Source of the DNA: Chiloscyllium plagiosum
Taxonomy: Eukaryota
Reading direction: 5' to 3'
DNA length: 64,000 nt
NCBI RefSeq assembly: GCF_004010195.1
Contig: NC_057746.1
Span: 16,688,820 to 16,752,819, forward strand
The position numbers and the translations under genes were made by a program. This document shows positions 61,776-64,000 of this stretch, one piece after another. The notes under the pieces were generated by a model, which ran no database searches, had not been told where the DNA came from, and was given only the letters and a program-made list of their open reading frames with translations. Numbering within the stretch: position 1 is the first letter of the stretch; the number at the start of each line of letters is the position of its first letter.

Positions 61776-64000
61776 GGCGTCAGTTACCAATTAGCATCTG
61801 ACACCTGCTTGAACATAGCCTGTCTTCCAGACTTGCTGGAACCATTTCCCAGGTACTAAGCTCATGAACAGACAATTTCTGACATCTGCTGAACGACAAT
61901 ACTCCTCGTTGTATCTTGGGAACCCTTTGAATCAAAATGCTGTCTGAAACTAACCTCCAAACGTGGCCGCAAAATCAAACAAAAGCTTTTTTGACCTATT
62001 CTCTTCCGTTTACCACAAGCCGTTTCAGAAAACCTACTGTCATCCTCAGCTCACAATTCACAACACCAAAACTGATGTACTGATGTAGGAATAAAATGAA
62101 AAGAATGAAAAATCAGCGAGGATTTTAGCACTATTCTCTTCTGAACTCTCGCAAATGCAGGCTCATTCTTCGATAGTGTGCACTTAAAAATCTACACACT
62201 ACCCAAGCTAAGGATCAAGCGGTACCTTGCATAAATCGATCGCATGTTCCGTCCTTTGCACAATGCGCCTGTATCTTTGAAGCCTATAATCCAGTTAGTG
62301 GCATTAACATTTGTGCCTGTACAAATAACTTGAATGCATGTGCACATCAATACCCAAGAGTCTCTGTTCCTTCACAACTCTTACACAGTACCGTTCATCT
62401 TATGATGTCACAAGAAGGCTATAACTGCTGTACCTATCTTTCTAAACTCTTTTGTACAAAATATGTACATTGCAATTTTGCAATCTCTGACAGGGCACCT
62501 GTTTCAGGAGAAGTTCAAAGTACTTAATTGCCAATGTCTCTGCAAAATTCACTCTCAGTTCCTTCAATATTCTTGAATGCATTTCATCTGGTCCCACTGC
62601 CTTATCGATTCAAAATACAGGCACCATATCTAAAACATCCGCCTTATCAATTTTACACTTTTCTCACATCCAAGATTCCTCCTTCAGCATTATGGCTAAG
62701 AAGATATTCTCTGTGCTAATCTGGAAATTTATTGGATTCATAAGGGAAATCATAGACAATCCCTGACAGGAAATGGAAAAGGTTTCAAAACTGAGGGTAA
62801 GTTAGAGACAAGGATATAACTTGCAAAGATTTAAAAAAAGAGAGAACCAAGAAAAAACAAATAAAGGCTCTGCATAACATTCTGATAACATTTAAAACAA
62901 AACAAGTGAACTGAAATGAATGCTACAATATGATAGCCATTGTAGAATCATGATTCGATGACAACATAGCCTGGGACCTGAATATCCAGTGCTGTAGGTT
63001 AATAAGTTGGAGAAAGCAGCTAGGAAAAAAAGTACTGACAATGCAATGAACTAGCATTTTAGCACAAGCGATTACCGAGTTCAAAAAATCTGGATGTGGA
63101 AGCAATCTGGACAGAGAAATAATAAATGCCAGAAGTCCAATCTGGAAGTCGTGCACAGGTAGTGCAGAAGTATAAATGCAGGAGAAACATCTAAACTGGA
63201 AGATTGAACTGGAGACTGTCAGAAAATGCATGGCTATGAACATGTGGGATTTTAAATTTCACGCAGACTAGGAAAACATCATATTGTCAAAGTTTGTGAA
63301 GGAAATGAGTCTTCAAAATGTTTTCAGGAAATGTTTTCTTTCGACCAATACATTCTGAAGCCAACGAGGTGGAATTTTTGAAGTTAACTGACTTTTTTTT
63401 CATACTCACTAATACTCTACCGTGGTTGATTCACTTTACAATCTTATTCAAAGTGAATGGATGTTTTTCTTAGCTGCTTCAACTGGGGTGGTCTTGAGAA
63501 CTTTGAAATGCACTGCCTTACTGAGAGGCTGCTACTCACCCACAGTTGCACTGTCCCCATTCTACACATTTCTGAAAGAAAGTGATAGATGCACAGGCAT
63601 ATTATTGGCAATGGATGGCAATTCCCAATGCACAGCATGTTTGTCACTGCGAATCACAGCAGCCCATTTTATCTTCATTTTCGACAAAACAAGTGTTAGA
63701 AGTCTTAGTTATGTTGTGCCCAGATGGGTACATTCTGACTGAAAGGACATTTCTGTATTTATAGGATAAGATAGTATTACTTAACAGCATGGTGGCGAGT
63801 CATTATTTCTGGATTCATTACACCTGTGAAACAGTTGATGGAGAAATGAGTTTCTTTGTAGTTGTTATCACTGTTTAGTTCTTAGAATTTGGATGTGAAG
63901 GGTTGCTGATATAGTTCCAAATGCAGATCGTGAATGGCTTGAAAGGGAACTTTCAGCTGATTGCCCTACTGGGTATTTGCTGTTCTTGTCCTTCTGGGTG

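Noticed and set aside
1-64000. CRISPR arrays or prokaryotic systems
   Set aside because: Vertebrate sequence; all repeats are retroelement-derived or microsatellites, with no repeat-spacer periodicity

Overview
Eukaryotic, repeat-rich genomic DNA from a cartilaginous fish, almost certainly a shark (HE1/V-SINEs, Deu-type SINEs, abundant CR1 LINEs, Penelope-like elements). The window has three contig pieces joined by two 500-N scaffold gaps (30067-30566, 53238-53737). Two host genes are supportable. (1) A single-coding-exon muscarinic acetylcholine receptor M2-like gene (15853-17268, +) with an intact orthosteric pocket but a diverged third intracellular loop. (2) A 7-coding-exon, open, non-classical MHC class I heavy-chain gene (38061-50019, +, 342 aa) that keeps only 2 of the 9 peptide-anchoring residues. 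Upstream of the MHC gene sits a truncated second copy (promoter, leader exon, intron 1 and five codons of alpha1). The two promoters have lost complementary motifs: one keeps NF-kB/IRF sites, the other keeps the Y box. Other notable structure includes Penelope-derived hairpin mini-elements with target-site duplications (TSDs) and minimal hammerhead-ribozyme cores, a four-element nested transposon stack with a solo LTR, a 120-bp locally templated insertion, and an orphan ETS/ISRE promoter-like module near 58.2 kb. Most short ORFs in the track are retroelement debris or chance ORFs. Repeat boundaries are approximate unless a TSD is given, and family names come from motif recognition rather than database searches.
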